Positions 1-11,882 of a DNA stretch of 64,000 bases are shown here, in pieces. This stretch comes from Chiloscyllium plagiosum (taxonomy: Eukaryota). Within the stretch, counting starts at the first letter, position 1, and every line of letters starts with the position of its first letter. Below the pieces are notes generated by a model. The model saw nothing but the letters and a program-made list of their open reading frames with translations. It was not told where the DNA came from and did no database searches. The stretch is taken from positions 97,575,300 to 97,639,299 of the forward strand of contig NC_057718.1 in NCBI RefSeq assembly GCF_004010195.1, written 5' to 3'. Position numbers and translations under genes: made by a program.

Positions 1-1640
1 CCGCTCCTGGTCACTGACGTCCCCGCTCCTGGTCACTAATGTCCTCGCTCCTAGTCACTAATGTCCCTGCTCCTGGTCAATGACGTCCCCGCTCCTGGTC
101 ATTGACGTCCCCGCTCCTGGTCACTGACGTCCCACCCCTGGTCACTAATGTCCTCGCTCCTAGTCACTAATGTCCCTGCTCCTGGTCACTAATGTCCCTG
201 CTCCTGGTCACTAATGTCCCTGCTCCTGGTCACTAATGTCCCTGCTCCTGGTCACTGATGTCCCTCTCCTGGTCACTAATGTCCCTGCTCCTGGTCACTG
301 ATGTCCCTCTCCTGGTCACTAATGTCCCTGCTCCTGGTCACTGATGTCCCTCTCCTGGTCACTAATGTCCCTGCTCCTGGTCACTGATGTCCCTCTCCTG
401 GTCACTAATGTCCCTGCTCCTGGTCACTAATGTCCTCCCTCCTGGTCACTAATGTCCCTGCTCCTGGTCACTGATGTCCCTGCTCCTGGTCACTGATGTC
501 CTCGCTCCTGGTCACTAATGTCCCTGCTCCTGGTCAATGACGTCCCCGCTCCTGGTCACTGACGTCCCACTCCTGGTCACTAATGTCCTCGCTCCTGGTC
601 ACTAATGTCCTCGCCCCTGGTCACTGATGTCCCTGCTCCTGGTCACTGATGTCCCTGCTCCTGGTCAATGACGTCCCCGCTCCTGGTCATTGACGTCCCC
701 GCTCCTGGTCACTGACGTCCCCGCTCCTGGTCACTAAAGTCCCTGCTCCTGGTCACTAATGACCTTGCTCCTGGTCACTGACGTCCCCGCTCCTGGTCAC
801 TGATGTCCTCGCTCCTGGTCACTGATGTCCCTGCTCCTGGTCACTGACGTCACCGCTCCTGGTCACTGATGTTATTGCTCCTGGTCACTGACGTCCTCAC
901 TTCTGTTCATTAGTGTCCTCGCTCCTGGTCACTAATGACCTTGCTCCTGGTCACTGATGTCCTCGCTCCTGGTCACAGATGTCCCTGTTTCTGGTCACGG
1001 ACGTCCTTGCTCCTGGTCACTGATGTCCCTGCTCCTGGTCACAGATGTCCTCACTCCTGGTCACTGGCGTCCCCACTCCTTGTCACTGACGTCCCCGCTC
1101 CTGGTCACTAGTGTCCTCGCTCCTAGTCACTAATGTCCCTGCTCCTGGTCACTAATGTCCCCGCTACTGGTCACTGATGTCCTCGCTACTGGTCACGAAT
1201 GTCCCTGCTCCTGGTCACTGATGTCCCCGCTCCTGGTCACTACTGTCCTTGCTCCTGGTCACTAATGTTCTCGCTCCTGGTCACAAATGTCCCTGCTCCA
1301 GCTCACTGATGTCCTCGCTCCTGGTCACTAATGTCCCTGCTCCTGGTCACTGACGTTCCCGCTCCTGGTCACTGATGTCCCCGCTCCTGGTCACTGATGT
1401 CCTCACTCCTGGTCACTAATGTCCCTGCTCCTGGTCACTGCTGTCCCTGCTCCAGCTCACTGATGTCCTCGCTCCTGGTCACTAATGTCCCTGCTCGTGG
1501 TCAATGACATCCCCGCTCCTGGTCACTGACGTCCCACTCATGGTCACTAATGTACTCGCTCCTGGTCACTAATGTCCTCGCCCCTGGTCACTGATATCCC
1601 TGCTCCTGGTCACTGATGTCCCTGCTCCTGGTCAATGACG
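1..1640. repeat. 22-bp tandem satellite, sub-array A (consensus ~TGTCCCTGCTCCTGGTCACTAA/GA)
   Basis: Visible 22-nt periodicity, e.g. TGTCCCTGCTCCTGGTCACTAA repeated back to back from 171, with occasional 21-nt units. Runs to the window edge and to the gap. Confidence 0.97.
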
Positions 1641-2140
1641 NNNNNNNNNNNNNNNNNNNNNNNNNNNNNNNNNNNNNNNNNNNNNNNNNNNNNNNNNNNN
1701 NNNNNNNNNNNNNNNNNNNNNNNNNNNNNNNNNNNNNNNNNNNNNNNNNNNNNNNNNNNNNNNNNNNNNNNNNNNNNNNNNNNNNNNNNNNNNNNNNNNN
1801 NNNNNNNNNNNNNNNNNNNNNNNNNNNNNNNNNNNNNNNNNNNNNNNNNNNNNNNNNNNNNNNNNNNNNNNNNNNNNNNNNNNNNNNNNNNNNNNNNNNN
1901 NNNNNNNNNNNNNNNNNNNNNNNNNNNNNNNNNNNNNNNNNNNNNNNNNNNNNNNNNNNNNNNNNNNNNNNNNNNNNNNNNNNNNNNNNNNNNNNNNNNN
2001 NNNNNNNNNNNNNNNNNNNNNNNNNNNNNNNNNNNNNNNNNNNNNNNNNNNNNNNNNNNNNNNNNNNNNNNNNNNNNNNNNNNNNNNNNNNNNNNNNNNN
2101 NNNNNNNNNNNNNNNNNNNNNNNNNNNNNNNNNNNNNNNN
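1641..2140. other. Assembly gap (exactly 500 N)
   Basis: Run of N. The round length suggests a scaffolding placeholder rather than a measured size. Confidence 0.99.
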
Positions 2141-5100
2141 CCTGGTCAGTGGTATCCCCGCTCCTGGTCACTGGAATCCCAGCTCCTAGTGACTGGAATA
2201 CCAGCTCCTAGTCAGTGGAATTGCAACTCCTTGTCACTGACATCCCTGCTCCTGGTCACTTATGTCCCCACTCCTTGTCACTGACGTCCCCACTCTTGGT
2301 CACTGAGATCCCTGCTCCTGGTCACTGACGTCCCCACTCCTTGTCACTGACGTCCCCACTCTTGGTCACTGAGATCCCCACCTTGTCAATGAAGTCCTTA
2401 CTCCTGGTCACTGGAATCCCCGCTCCTGGTCACTGACATCCCCACTCCTGGTCACTGATGTCCCCGCTCCCGGTCCCTGGAATCCCCACTCCTGGTCATT
2501 GACATCCCCACTCCTGGTCACAGTTGTTCCTGATACAGGTCACTGGAATCCCTGTTCCTGGTCACTGAAATCCCAGCTCCTGGTGACTGGAATCCCAGCT
2601 CCTAGTCTTTGGAATCCCAACTCCTGGTCACTGACATCCCTGCACCTGGTCACAGATCTCCCTGCTCCTGGTCAGTGATGTCCCCGCTCCTGGTCACTGA
2701 TGTCCCCATTCCTGGTCACTGGAATCCCTACTCCTGGCCACTGGAATCCCTGCTCCTAGTCTGTGGAATCCCCTATCCTGGTCACTGACGTCTCTGCTGC
2801 TGGTCAATGGAATTCACGCTCCTAGTCACTGATGTCCCTGCTCCTGGTCACTGGAATCACCACTCCTGGCCACTGACATCCCCACTCATGGTCAGTGATG
2901 TCCCCGCTCCTGGTCATTAATGTCCCCACTCCTGGTGACTGATGTCCCTGTTCCTGGTCACTGACTTCCCTACTCCTGGTCACTGATGTCCCCCCTCCTG
3001 GTCACTGATGTCCCCACTCCTGGTCACTGGAATCCCCGTTCCTGGCCACTGGAATCCCAGGTCCTGGTGGCTGGAATCCCAGCTCCTGGTCACTAGAATC
3101 CCAGCTCTTGGTCACTGGAATCCATGCTCCTGGTCAGTGGAATCCACTCACTTGGTCAGTGACGTCCCCACTCCTGGTCACTGACATCCCTGCACCTTGT
3201 CAATGACGTCCTCACTCCTGGTCACTGATGTCCCCGCTCCTGGTCACTGGAATCCCCACTCCTGATCACTGGAATCCCCACTCCTTGTCATTGACATCCC
3301 CACTCCTGGTCACAGTTGTTCCTGATACAGGTCAGTGGAATCCCCGTTCCTGGTCACTGAAATCCCAGCTCCTGGTGACTGGAATCCCTGCTCCTGGTCA
3401 GTGGAATCCTCACTCCTGGTCACTGATATTCCTGCTCCTGGTCAGTGGTATCCCCGTCCTGGTCAGTGGTATCCCCACTACTGGTCATTGGAATCCCAGT
3501 TCCTGGTCATTGGAATCCCAGTTCCTGGTCACTGGAATCCCAGCTCCTAGTCATTGGAATCCCAGCTCCTAGTCACTGACATCCCTGCACCTGGTCACGG
3601 ACCTCCCTGCTCCTGGTCAGTGATGTCCCCGCTCCTGGTCACTAATGTCCCCATTCCTGGTCACTGGAATCCCTGCTCCTGGCCACTGGAATCCCTGCTC
3701 CTAGTCTGTGGAATCCCCTGTCCTGGTCACTGACATCTCTGCTGCTGGTCAATGGAATTCACGCTCCTGGTCACTGATGTCCCTGCTCCTGGTCATTGGA
3801 ATCACCACTCCTGGCCACTGACATCCCCACTCTTGGTCAGTGATGTCCCCGCTCCTGGTCATTAATGTCCCCACTCCTGGTGACTTATGTCCCCGCTCCT
3901 GGTCACTGATGTCCCCACTCCTGGTCACTGATGTCCCCACTCCTGGTCACTGGAATCCCCACTCCTGGTCACTGGAATCCCCACTCCTGGTCACTACTGT
4001 CCATGCTCCTGGTCACTGACGTCCCTGCTCCTGGTCACTGGAATCCCCGCTCCTGGTCAGTGGCGTCCTGCTCCTGGTCCCTGATGTCTCTGGTCCTGAT
4101 GACTTATGTCCCTGTTCCTGGTCACTGACGTCCCTGCTCCTGGTCACTGGAATCCCCGCTCCTGGTCAGTGGCGTCCTGCTCCTGGTCACTGATGTCCCC
4201 ACTCCTGGTCACTGGAATCCCCACTCGAGGTCACTAACATCCCCTCTCTTGGTCAGTAACGTCTCTGCTCCTGGTCACTAATGTCCCCACTCGTGGTCAC
4301 TAATGTCCCTGCTCCTGGTCACTGATGTCCCTACTCTGGTCACTAGATTGCCCACTCCTGGTCACTGACGTCCCTGCTCCTGGTCACTGGAATCCCTGCT
4401 GCTGGTCACAGACATCCCTACTCCTGATCAGTGGAATCGCCACTCCTGGTCACTGACGTCCCCAATCCCAGTCAATGATGTCCCTATTCCTGGTCACTGG
4501 AATCCTCACTCCTGGTCACTGGTGTCCCACTCCTGGTCACTGATGTCCCCACTCTTGGTCACTGGAATCCCCACTTGTGGTCACTACTGTCCCCGTTCCT
4601 GGTCACTAATGCCTCGCTCCTGGTCGCTGACGACTCCAATCCTGGTCAATGATGTCCCTGTTCCTGCTCACTTGAACGCCCACACCTTGTCACTGATGTC
4701 CCCACTCCTGGTCATTAACGTTCCCACTCCTGGTGACTGATGTCCCTGCTCCTGGTCACTGAAATCCCCACTCCTGGTCACTAATGTCCCCAGTCCTGGT
4801 CACTGAGTCCCTGCCCTTGGTCACTTGCATCCCGCTCCTGGTCACTTATGTCCCCGCTCTTGGTCACTGGAATCCCTGCTCATTTTCACTGGAATCCCGG
4901 CTCCCTGTCAATGGAGTCCTCACTCCTGGTCACTTATGTCCATGCTCCTGGTCACTGACGTCCCTGCTCCTGGTCACTGGAATTCCCACTCCTCGTCACT
5001 GGCATTCCTGCTCCTGGTCACTGATGTCCTTGCTTCTGGTCACTGGAATCCTCACTGATGGTCAGTGGTGTGCCTGTTCCTGGTCACTGATGTCCCCACT

Positions 5101-7670
5101 CCTGGTCACTGACATCCCCGCTCCTGGTCACTGGATTCCCTGCTCCTGGTCACTGGATTCCCCGCTCCTGGTCGCTAATGTCCCCACTCGTGGTCACTGA
5201 CGTCCCCGCTCCTGGTCACTGACATTCCTGCTCCTGGTCACTGACATTCCTGCTCCTGCTCACTGGAATCCCCGCTCCTGGTCACTAATGCCCCACACCT
5301 GGTGACTGACGTCCCCACTCCTGGTCACTAGATTCACCGCTCCTGGTCACTAATGTCCCTGTTCCTGGTCACTGATGTCCCTGATCCTTGTCACTAACAT
5401 CCCTGCTCCTGGTCACTGATGTCCTGCTCCTGGTCACTGGAATCCCTGCTGCCCGTCACAGACATCCCTGCTCCTGGTCAGCGGAATCACCACTCATGGT
5501 CACTGAAGTCCCTGATCCTGGTCAATGATGTCCCTATTCCTGGTCACTGGAATCCCCGCTCCTGGTCACTGATGTTCTGCTCCTGGTCACTGGAATCTCT
5601 GCTGCCCGTCACAGACATCCCTGCTCCTGGTCAGCGGAATCACCACTCATGGTCACTGAAGTCCCTGATCCTGGTCAATGATGTCCCTATTCCTGGTCAC
5701 TGGAATCCCCGCTCCTGGTCACTGATGTCCCTGCTCCTGGTCACTGATGTCCCTGCTCCTGGTCACTGGAATCCCTGTTCCTGGTCACAGATGTCCCTGC
5801 TCCTGGTCACTGGAATCCCTGTTCCTGGTCACTGACTTCCCTGCTCCTGGTCACTGATGTCCTTGCTTCTGGTCACTGGAATTCTCACTGATGGTCAATG
5901 GTGTGCCTGTTTCTGGTCGCTGATGTCCCCACTCCTGCTCACTAATGTCCCCAATCCTGGTCACTGATAGCCCCGCTCCTGGTCACGGACATCCCCGTTC
6001 CTGGTCACTGACATTCCTGCTCCCGATCACTGACATTCCTGCTCCTGCTCGCTGACATTCCTGCTCCTGCTCACTGGAATCCCCGCTCCTGGTCACTAAT
6101 GCCCCACACCTGGTGACTGACGTCCCCACTCCTGGTCACTAGATTCACCGTTCCTGGTGACTGATGTTCCTGCTCCTGGTCACTGATGTCCCTGCTCCTG
6201 GTCACTGGAATCCCTGCTGCTTGTCACACACATCCCTGCTCCTGATCAATGGAATCACCACTCCTGGTCACTGACGTCCCTGATCCTGGTCAATGATGTC
6301 CACACTCCTGGTGACTGATGTCCCCATTCCTGGTCACTGACATTCCGGATCCTGGTCACTGACATCCCTTTTCCTGGTCCCTGATGTCCCTGCTCCTGGT
6401 CACTGACATCGCTGCTCCTGGTCAATGATGACCCTATTCCTGGTCACTGGAATCCCCAATCCTCGTCACTAATGTCCCCACTCCTGGTCACTAATGTCCT
6501 CGCTCCTGGTCACTAGATTCCCCGCCCCTGGTCACTGATGTCCCTGCTCCTGATCACGGATATCCCTGCCCCATGTCACTGGAATCCCTGCTCCTGGGCA
6601 TGGATGTCCCTGCTCCTGGTCACTGGAATCCCTGATCCTAATCTGTGGAATCCCATCTCCCGGTCCCTGACATCCCCAATCCTGGTCATTAACATCCCCA
6701 CTCCTGGTCCCTGATGTCTCTGGTCCTGATGACTTATGTCGCTGTTCCTGATCACTGACCTCCCTGCTCCTGCTCACTGGAATCCCCATGCCTCACCACT
6801 GATGTCCCCGCTGCTGGTCACTGACGTCACCGTTCCTGGTCACTGGAATCCCCCCTCATGGTGACTAGAATCCCCTGTTCCTGGTCAATGATGTCCCTGT
6901 TCCTGGTCACTGACGTCAATGCTCCTGGTCACTGGAATCCCTGCTCCTGGTCACTAATGTCCCCACTCCTGATCACAGACCTCCCTGCTCCTGGTCACTG
7001 GAATCCCTGCAACTGGTCACTGGAGTCCCTTCTCCTGGTCACTGGAATACCCGCTCCTTTTCACTGGAATCCCGGTTCCTGGTCACTGACATCCCTGTTC
7101 CTGGTCATTGATGTCCCCGCTCCTGGTCAATGATGTCCCTGCTCCTGTTCACTGGAATCCCCACCCCTGGTCACTAATGTCCCCGCTCCTTGTCACTGGA
7201 GTCCCCACTCCTGCTCACTGGAATCCCGGCTCCCAGTCACTGACATCCCTGCTCTTGGTCATGGACGTCTCTACTACTGGACACGGGAATCCCTCCCCCT
7301 GGTCACTGATGTCCCCACTCCTAGTCACTGGATACCCTGCACCTCGTCACTAATGTCCCCACTCCTGATCACTGACCTCCCTGCTCCTGGTCACTGGAAT
7401 CCCCACTGCTGGTCACTGACGTCAATTCTCCAGGTCACTGACGTCCCTGCTCCTGGTCAGTGGAATCCCCACTCCTTTTCACTGGAATCCCCGCTCATGT
7501 TCACTGGAATCCCTGCTCATGGTCACTGAAGTCCCCACTCCTGGTCACTGGAATCCCCGCTCATTTTCACTGGAATCCCTGCTCATGGTCACTAATGTCC
7601 CCACTCCTGGTCACTGGAATCCCCGCTCATTTTCACTGGAATCCCTGCTCATGGTCACTGATGTCCCCAC
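2141..7670. repeat. 22-bp tandem satellite, sub-array B (mixed GATGTC- and GGAATC-type monomers, more diverged)
   Basis: Same CTCCTGGTCACT core, with abundant GGAATCCCTGCTCCTGGTCACT monomers and internal block duplications. Confidence 0.97.
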
Positions 7671-7940
7671 GGTAAAAACAAGGACTGCAGATGCTGGAAA
7701 TCAGAGTCTAGATCAGAGTGATGCTGGAAAAGCACAGCAGGTCAGGCAGCATCCAAGGAGCAGGAAAATCCACGTTTCCGGCAAAAGCCCTTCATCAGGA
7801 ACGGAGGCAGGGTGCCTGCAGAGTGGAGAGATAAATGAGAGGGGGTGGTGGGGGTGGGGAGAAAGTAGCATAGAGTACAATAGGTGAGTGGGGGTGGAGA
7901 TGGAGGTGATAAGTCAGGGAGGAGGGTGGAGGAAGGTAGC
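7671..7940 (-). mobile_element. Penelope-like element terminal repeat/3' region (family 1), with degenerate hammerhead motif
   Basis: GGACTGCAGATGCTGG...CAGGTCAGGCAGCATCC...CCCTTCATCAGG block that recurs across the window. The minus strand reads CTGATGAAGGGCTTTTGCCGGAAAC. Confidence 0.75.
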
Positions 7941-9962
7941 AACAATCGCAAGTCAGGATGTGTGTGGTTTCGAGGGGAATATGAAGGTTTCCTTTACGTC
8001 TGCTGAACATGATTACCCAGTTCTATTATCGGAATGTTGTCAGGATCCATAGCCAATTTCTGCTGTTACTGGTAACCCACAGTGCCTTATGGATGCCTGG
8101 TTTTGAGTTGCTAAATCTTATCAAAATTTATTTCATTCAATGGTGGCTGTGTCACACAACACAATGTAGGGAATCCTCAACATGAAGACAGGACTTCCGC
8201 TTCACAAGCACTGAGTAGTGTTTACACCCTGCAGTACATTAATTGACAAAGGACTCTGTGACAGATAGATCGGTGAGACCAAGGTCATGTAGAAAATTTC
8301 CTCTTCTTGGTTACTTCATCACCTACTGCAGGACCAATCTAGCAGTTATGTTCTTTGGGATTCAAACATTAATGGTACTACTAAACCACTTTGGATGACG
8401 AACACTGAAATCTCCCACCTAGAGTACATTCTGTGCTCTTGCCAGTCTCAGTGTTTTTTCTGTTGGAGGAGCACATGCAGTAAGGCAAAATAATCATCGG
8501 GAGATTTCATGTTTGGCTTGATGCCATAAATCCTCATGGGGGTCTACAGTCCATGCTGATGACTCCCTGGGCAACTCCCTCCTGACTGTTTACCACTATG
8601 CCATGATCCCTGGTGGGTATGTCTTGTCAATGGGGTGGGACATAGAGTCATCCAGAACAGAAACAGACTCTTTAGTCCAACCCATCTGTACCGACCAGTA
8701 TCCCTACAGTGTGGAAACAGTCCATTTGGCCCAACAGGTCCACACTGACCTTCTGAAGAGTAACTCACTCAGACCCTTTCACTTGCCCCCTATTATTCTA
8801 CATTTCTCCTGGCTAATGCACCTAGCCCACACACCCTAAAGGCTAGGTGCATTAGCCCAGACTGTCAAGTATTAGTCTGGGCACCAGAAGCGATAATGGC
8901 ACACACAGTCCTATTGATTGTGTAAATTCTGCTTTACTAACATAACAAGCCAAAGTTAGATAGATGTCTGGTAGACAAGTCAACCAGCAACATGACATAG
9001 CCATACTCATGGAATTATACCTTTCAGTCACCCCATCCCCTTCCAATGTGGATGGTGAGTGTACGGATTGAGCTGCCACAGGAAGTGGTGGAGTTTGGTA
9101 CAAATGCACCATTTAAAAACGCATCTGGAAGGATACATGAGTAGGAAGGATTTAAAGGGATATGGGTCAAATGTTGGCAAATAAGACAAATAGGTTTAAG
9201 ATATCTGGTCGGTATGGATGAATTGGACCGAAGGGCCTGTTTCTGTTCTGTATGACTCTATGTCCCATCCTATCGACACAACATACCCACTATAGGTCAT
9301 GATGTAGTGGTAAACAGTCAGGAAGGAGCTGCCCTGGGAGTCCTCAGCATGGACTGTAGACCCCCATGAGGATTTATGGCATCAAGCCAAACATGAAATC
9401 TCCCGATGATTATTTTGCCTTACTGCATGTGCTCCTCCAACAGAAAAAACACTGAGACTGGCAAGAGCACAGAATGTACTCTAGGTGGGAGATTTCAGTG
9501 TTCGTCATCCAAAGTGGTTTAGTAGTACCATTAATGTTTGAATCCCAAAGAACATAACTGCTAGATTGGTCCTGCAGTAGGTGATGAAGTAACCAAGAAG
9601 AGGAAATTTTCTACATGACCTTGGTCTCACCGATCTATCTGTCACAGAGTCCTTTGTCAATTAATGTACTGCAGGGTGTAAACACTACTCAGTGCTTGTG
9701 AAGCGGAAGTCCTGTCTTCATGTTGAGGATTCCCTACATTGTGTTGTGTGACACAGCCACCATTGAATGAAATAAATTTTGATAAGATTTAACAACTCAA
9801 AACCAGGCATCCATAAGGCACTGTGGGTTACCAGTAACAGCAGAAATTGGCTATGGATCCTGACAACATTCCGATAATAGAACTGGGTAATCATGTTCAG
9901 CAGACGTAAAGGAAACCTTCATATTCCCCTCGAAACCACACACATCCTGACTTGCGATTGTT
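7941..9962. repeat. Inverted duplication, arms ~7941-8700 and ~9201-9962, made of degraded CR1/L2-type LINE endonuclease sequence plus a CR1 tail
   Basis: 7941 AACAATCGCAAGTCAGGATG... is the reverse complement of ...CATCCTGACTTGCGATTGTT ending at 9962. The match continues inward for about 760 bp. Confidence 0.93.
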
Positions 9963-10632
9963 TCATTTGCATTTTCATTTCTGCAGGATGAAAATCCTAA
10001 ACTCCCTCCCTCATAGGTCTGTGGCTGTAGTTTTTTGATTAATCTGCTTGGTCACACCTCCAGGGCAGATAGGATTTGAACCTAGACTATCTCACCCCCC
10101 AGATAGGGCTACTGTATCAGACAAGACAGCAGCTCACATTGTGGATGCACGGACACCCTATGGACTGCAGCACTTTAAGAAGGCAGTTCATCAGCATCTT
10201 CCCCAGTATATTTGGGGATGGGCAACAAATACTGGCCGAGCCAGTGACACACACATCCTTTGAATTCATTAGAAAAGAAATTACATCTTCAAACATCATT
10301 ACCAAAGCTCTATTATAATGTTGTGATTCTTTGTAAAGATTGTACATTTAGAGACACAGAGTCATAGAGATGCAAAGCACAGAAACAGACCCTTCAGTCC
10401 AATAGGCCCCAGCCTATTCAACCTCTCCCTATAACTCAAATCCTCCAACTCTGGCAACATCCTTGTAAATGTTTTCTGAACCCTTTCAAGTCTCACAACA
10501 TCCACAACATTTACAGTAAGTTGTCATTTACATAGAGCACTGTATTTCTTCAGACGCATTGCAATGTTTTTACTTTGGAAAAAGCCCAATTTACAGTGGA
10601 AACTGTCCTTTCAGTCTTAAAAAAAAGAGTGA

Positions 10633-10830
10633 CACGATGGCTCAGTGGTTAGCACTGCTATATCACAGCGCCAGGGACCCAGGTTTGATTCCACCCTTGG
10701 TGACTGTCTGTGCGGTGTTTGCATGTTCTCCCTGTGTCTATGCTGGTTTCCTCTCACAGTCTAAAGATGTGTATGTTAGGTGGTTTTGCCATGCTAGATT
10801 GCCCATAGTGTCCAAGGATGTGTGGGTTAG
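10633..10830 (+). mobile_element. HE1-like V-SINE, 3' truncated
   Basis: tRNA-like head TGGCTCAGTGGTTAGCACTGC, box B GGTTTGATTCC, then the central domain. Confidence 0.85.
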
Positions 10831-11164
10831 GTTTCGCATAAACCAAATCATCCGCCGACATTTCCGCCACCTCCAAACAGACCCCACCACCAGGGATATA
10901 TTTCCCTCCCCACCCCTTTCCACCTTCCGCAAAGACCGTTCCCTCTGTGACTACCTGGTCAGGTCCACGCCCCCCTACAACCCACCCTCCCGTCCTGGCA
11001 CCCTGCCCTGCCACTGTAGGAATTGCAAAACCTGCGCCCACACCTCCTCCCTCACCTCTATCCAAGGCCCTAAAGGAGCCTTCCACATCCATCAAAGTTT
11101 TACCTGCACATCCACCAATATCATTTATTGTATCCGTTGCTCCCGATGCGGTCTCCTCTACATT
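10831..11164 (+). mobile_element. Penelope-like element ORF fragment (RT-to-GIY-YIG linker and start of the endonuclease)
   Basis: Open frame RINQIIRRHFRHLQTDPTTRDIFPSPP...PCHCRNCKTC...FTCTSTNIIYCIRCSRCGLLYI: Cys-rich knuckle and IY...YI(G) motif typical of PLE GIY-YIG domains. Confidence 0.9.
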
Positions 11165-11882
11165 GCTCCCTGCTCCTGGTCAGTGGAATCCCCACTCCTC
11201 GTCAGTGGCATTCCCACTCCTGGTCACTGGAGTCCCAGTCCCTGGTCACTGGAATCCTTGCTCCTGGTCAATGGAATCCCAACTCCTGGTCAGTGGAATC
11301 CCTGCTCCTGGTCAGTGGTATATCCGCTCCTGGTGAGTGATATTCCTGATCGTGGTCACTGGAATCCCCACACCTGGTCACTGACGTCCCTTCTCCTGGT
11401 CATGGACCGACCTGCTCCTAGTCACTAATGGCCCCATTCCTGGTCACTGACATCCCTGCTCCTGGTCAATGATGTCCCTGTTCCTGGTTACTGGAATCCC
11501 TACTCTTCGTCACTGATGTCCCCACTCCTGATGACTGATGTCTCCGCTCCTGCTCACTGGAATCTTGGCTTCTGCTCAGTGGAATCCTCATTCCTGGTCA
11601 CTGGAATCCCAGCTCCTCGTGACTGGAATCCCTGCTTCTGGTCAGTGTAATCCCTGCTCCTAGTCACTTATGTCCCCACTCCTGGTCACTGGAATCCCTG
11701 ATCCTGGTCACTGGAATCCCCACTCCTGATCACTGACGTCCCTGCTCCTGGTCACTAACGTCCCCACTCCTGGTCACTGATGTCCCCACTCCTGGTCACT
11801 GGAATTCCTTGTCCTAGCCACTGGAATCCCCGCTCCTAGTCACTGATGTCCCTACCTCCTGGTGACTGGAATCCCAGCTCCT
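11165..11882. repeat. 22-bp satellite, detached block (sub-array B type)
   Basis: Same monomer and same orientation as 2141-7670. Confidence 0.95.

Noticed and set aside
2141..7670. Origin of the satellite from the CR1 RT motif GTGACCAG
   Set aside because: Only about 8 bp are shared, which is too little to support derivation.
1616..7675. Many ORFs rich in SWSL/PGHWNP/LLVT motifs, including ORFs spanning the N gap
   Set aside because: They are translations of a 22-bp satellite, whose period cycles through all frames, or of N. There is no splice or homology support.
9988..10017. Possible 30-nt exon (tttctgcag...TAG/gtctgt)
   Set aside because: It has a stop in the phase needed to join the PLCB linker, a weak donor and no recognisable peptide.
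10559..11428. 289-aa ORF as a novel fusion gene
   Set aside because: It is a chance read-through of a SINE, a Penelope fragment and satellite, and it starts at TTG.
1..11882. CRISPR-like array
   Set aside because: Monomers abut with no unique spacers, the context is eukaryotic and there are no cas genes.
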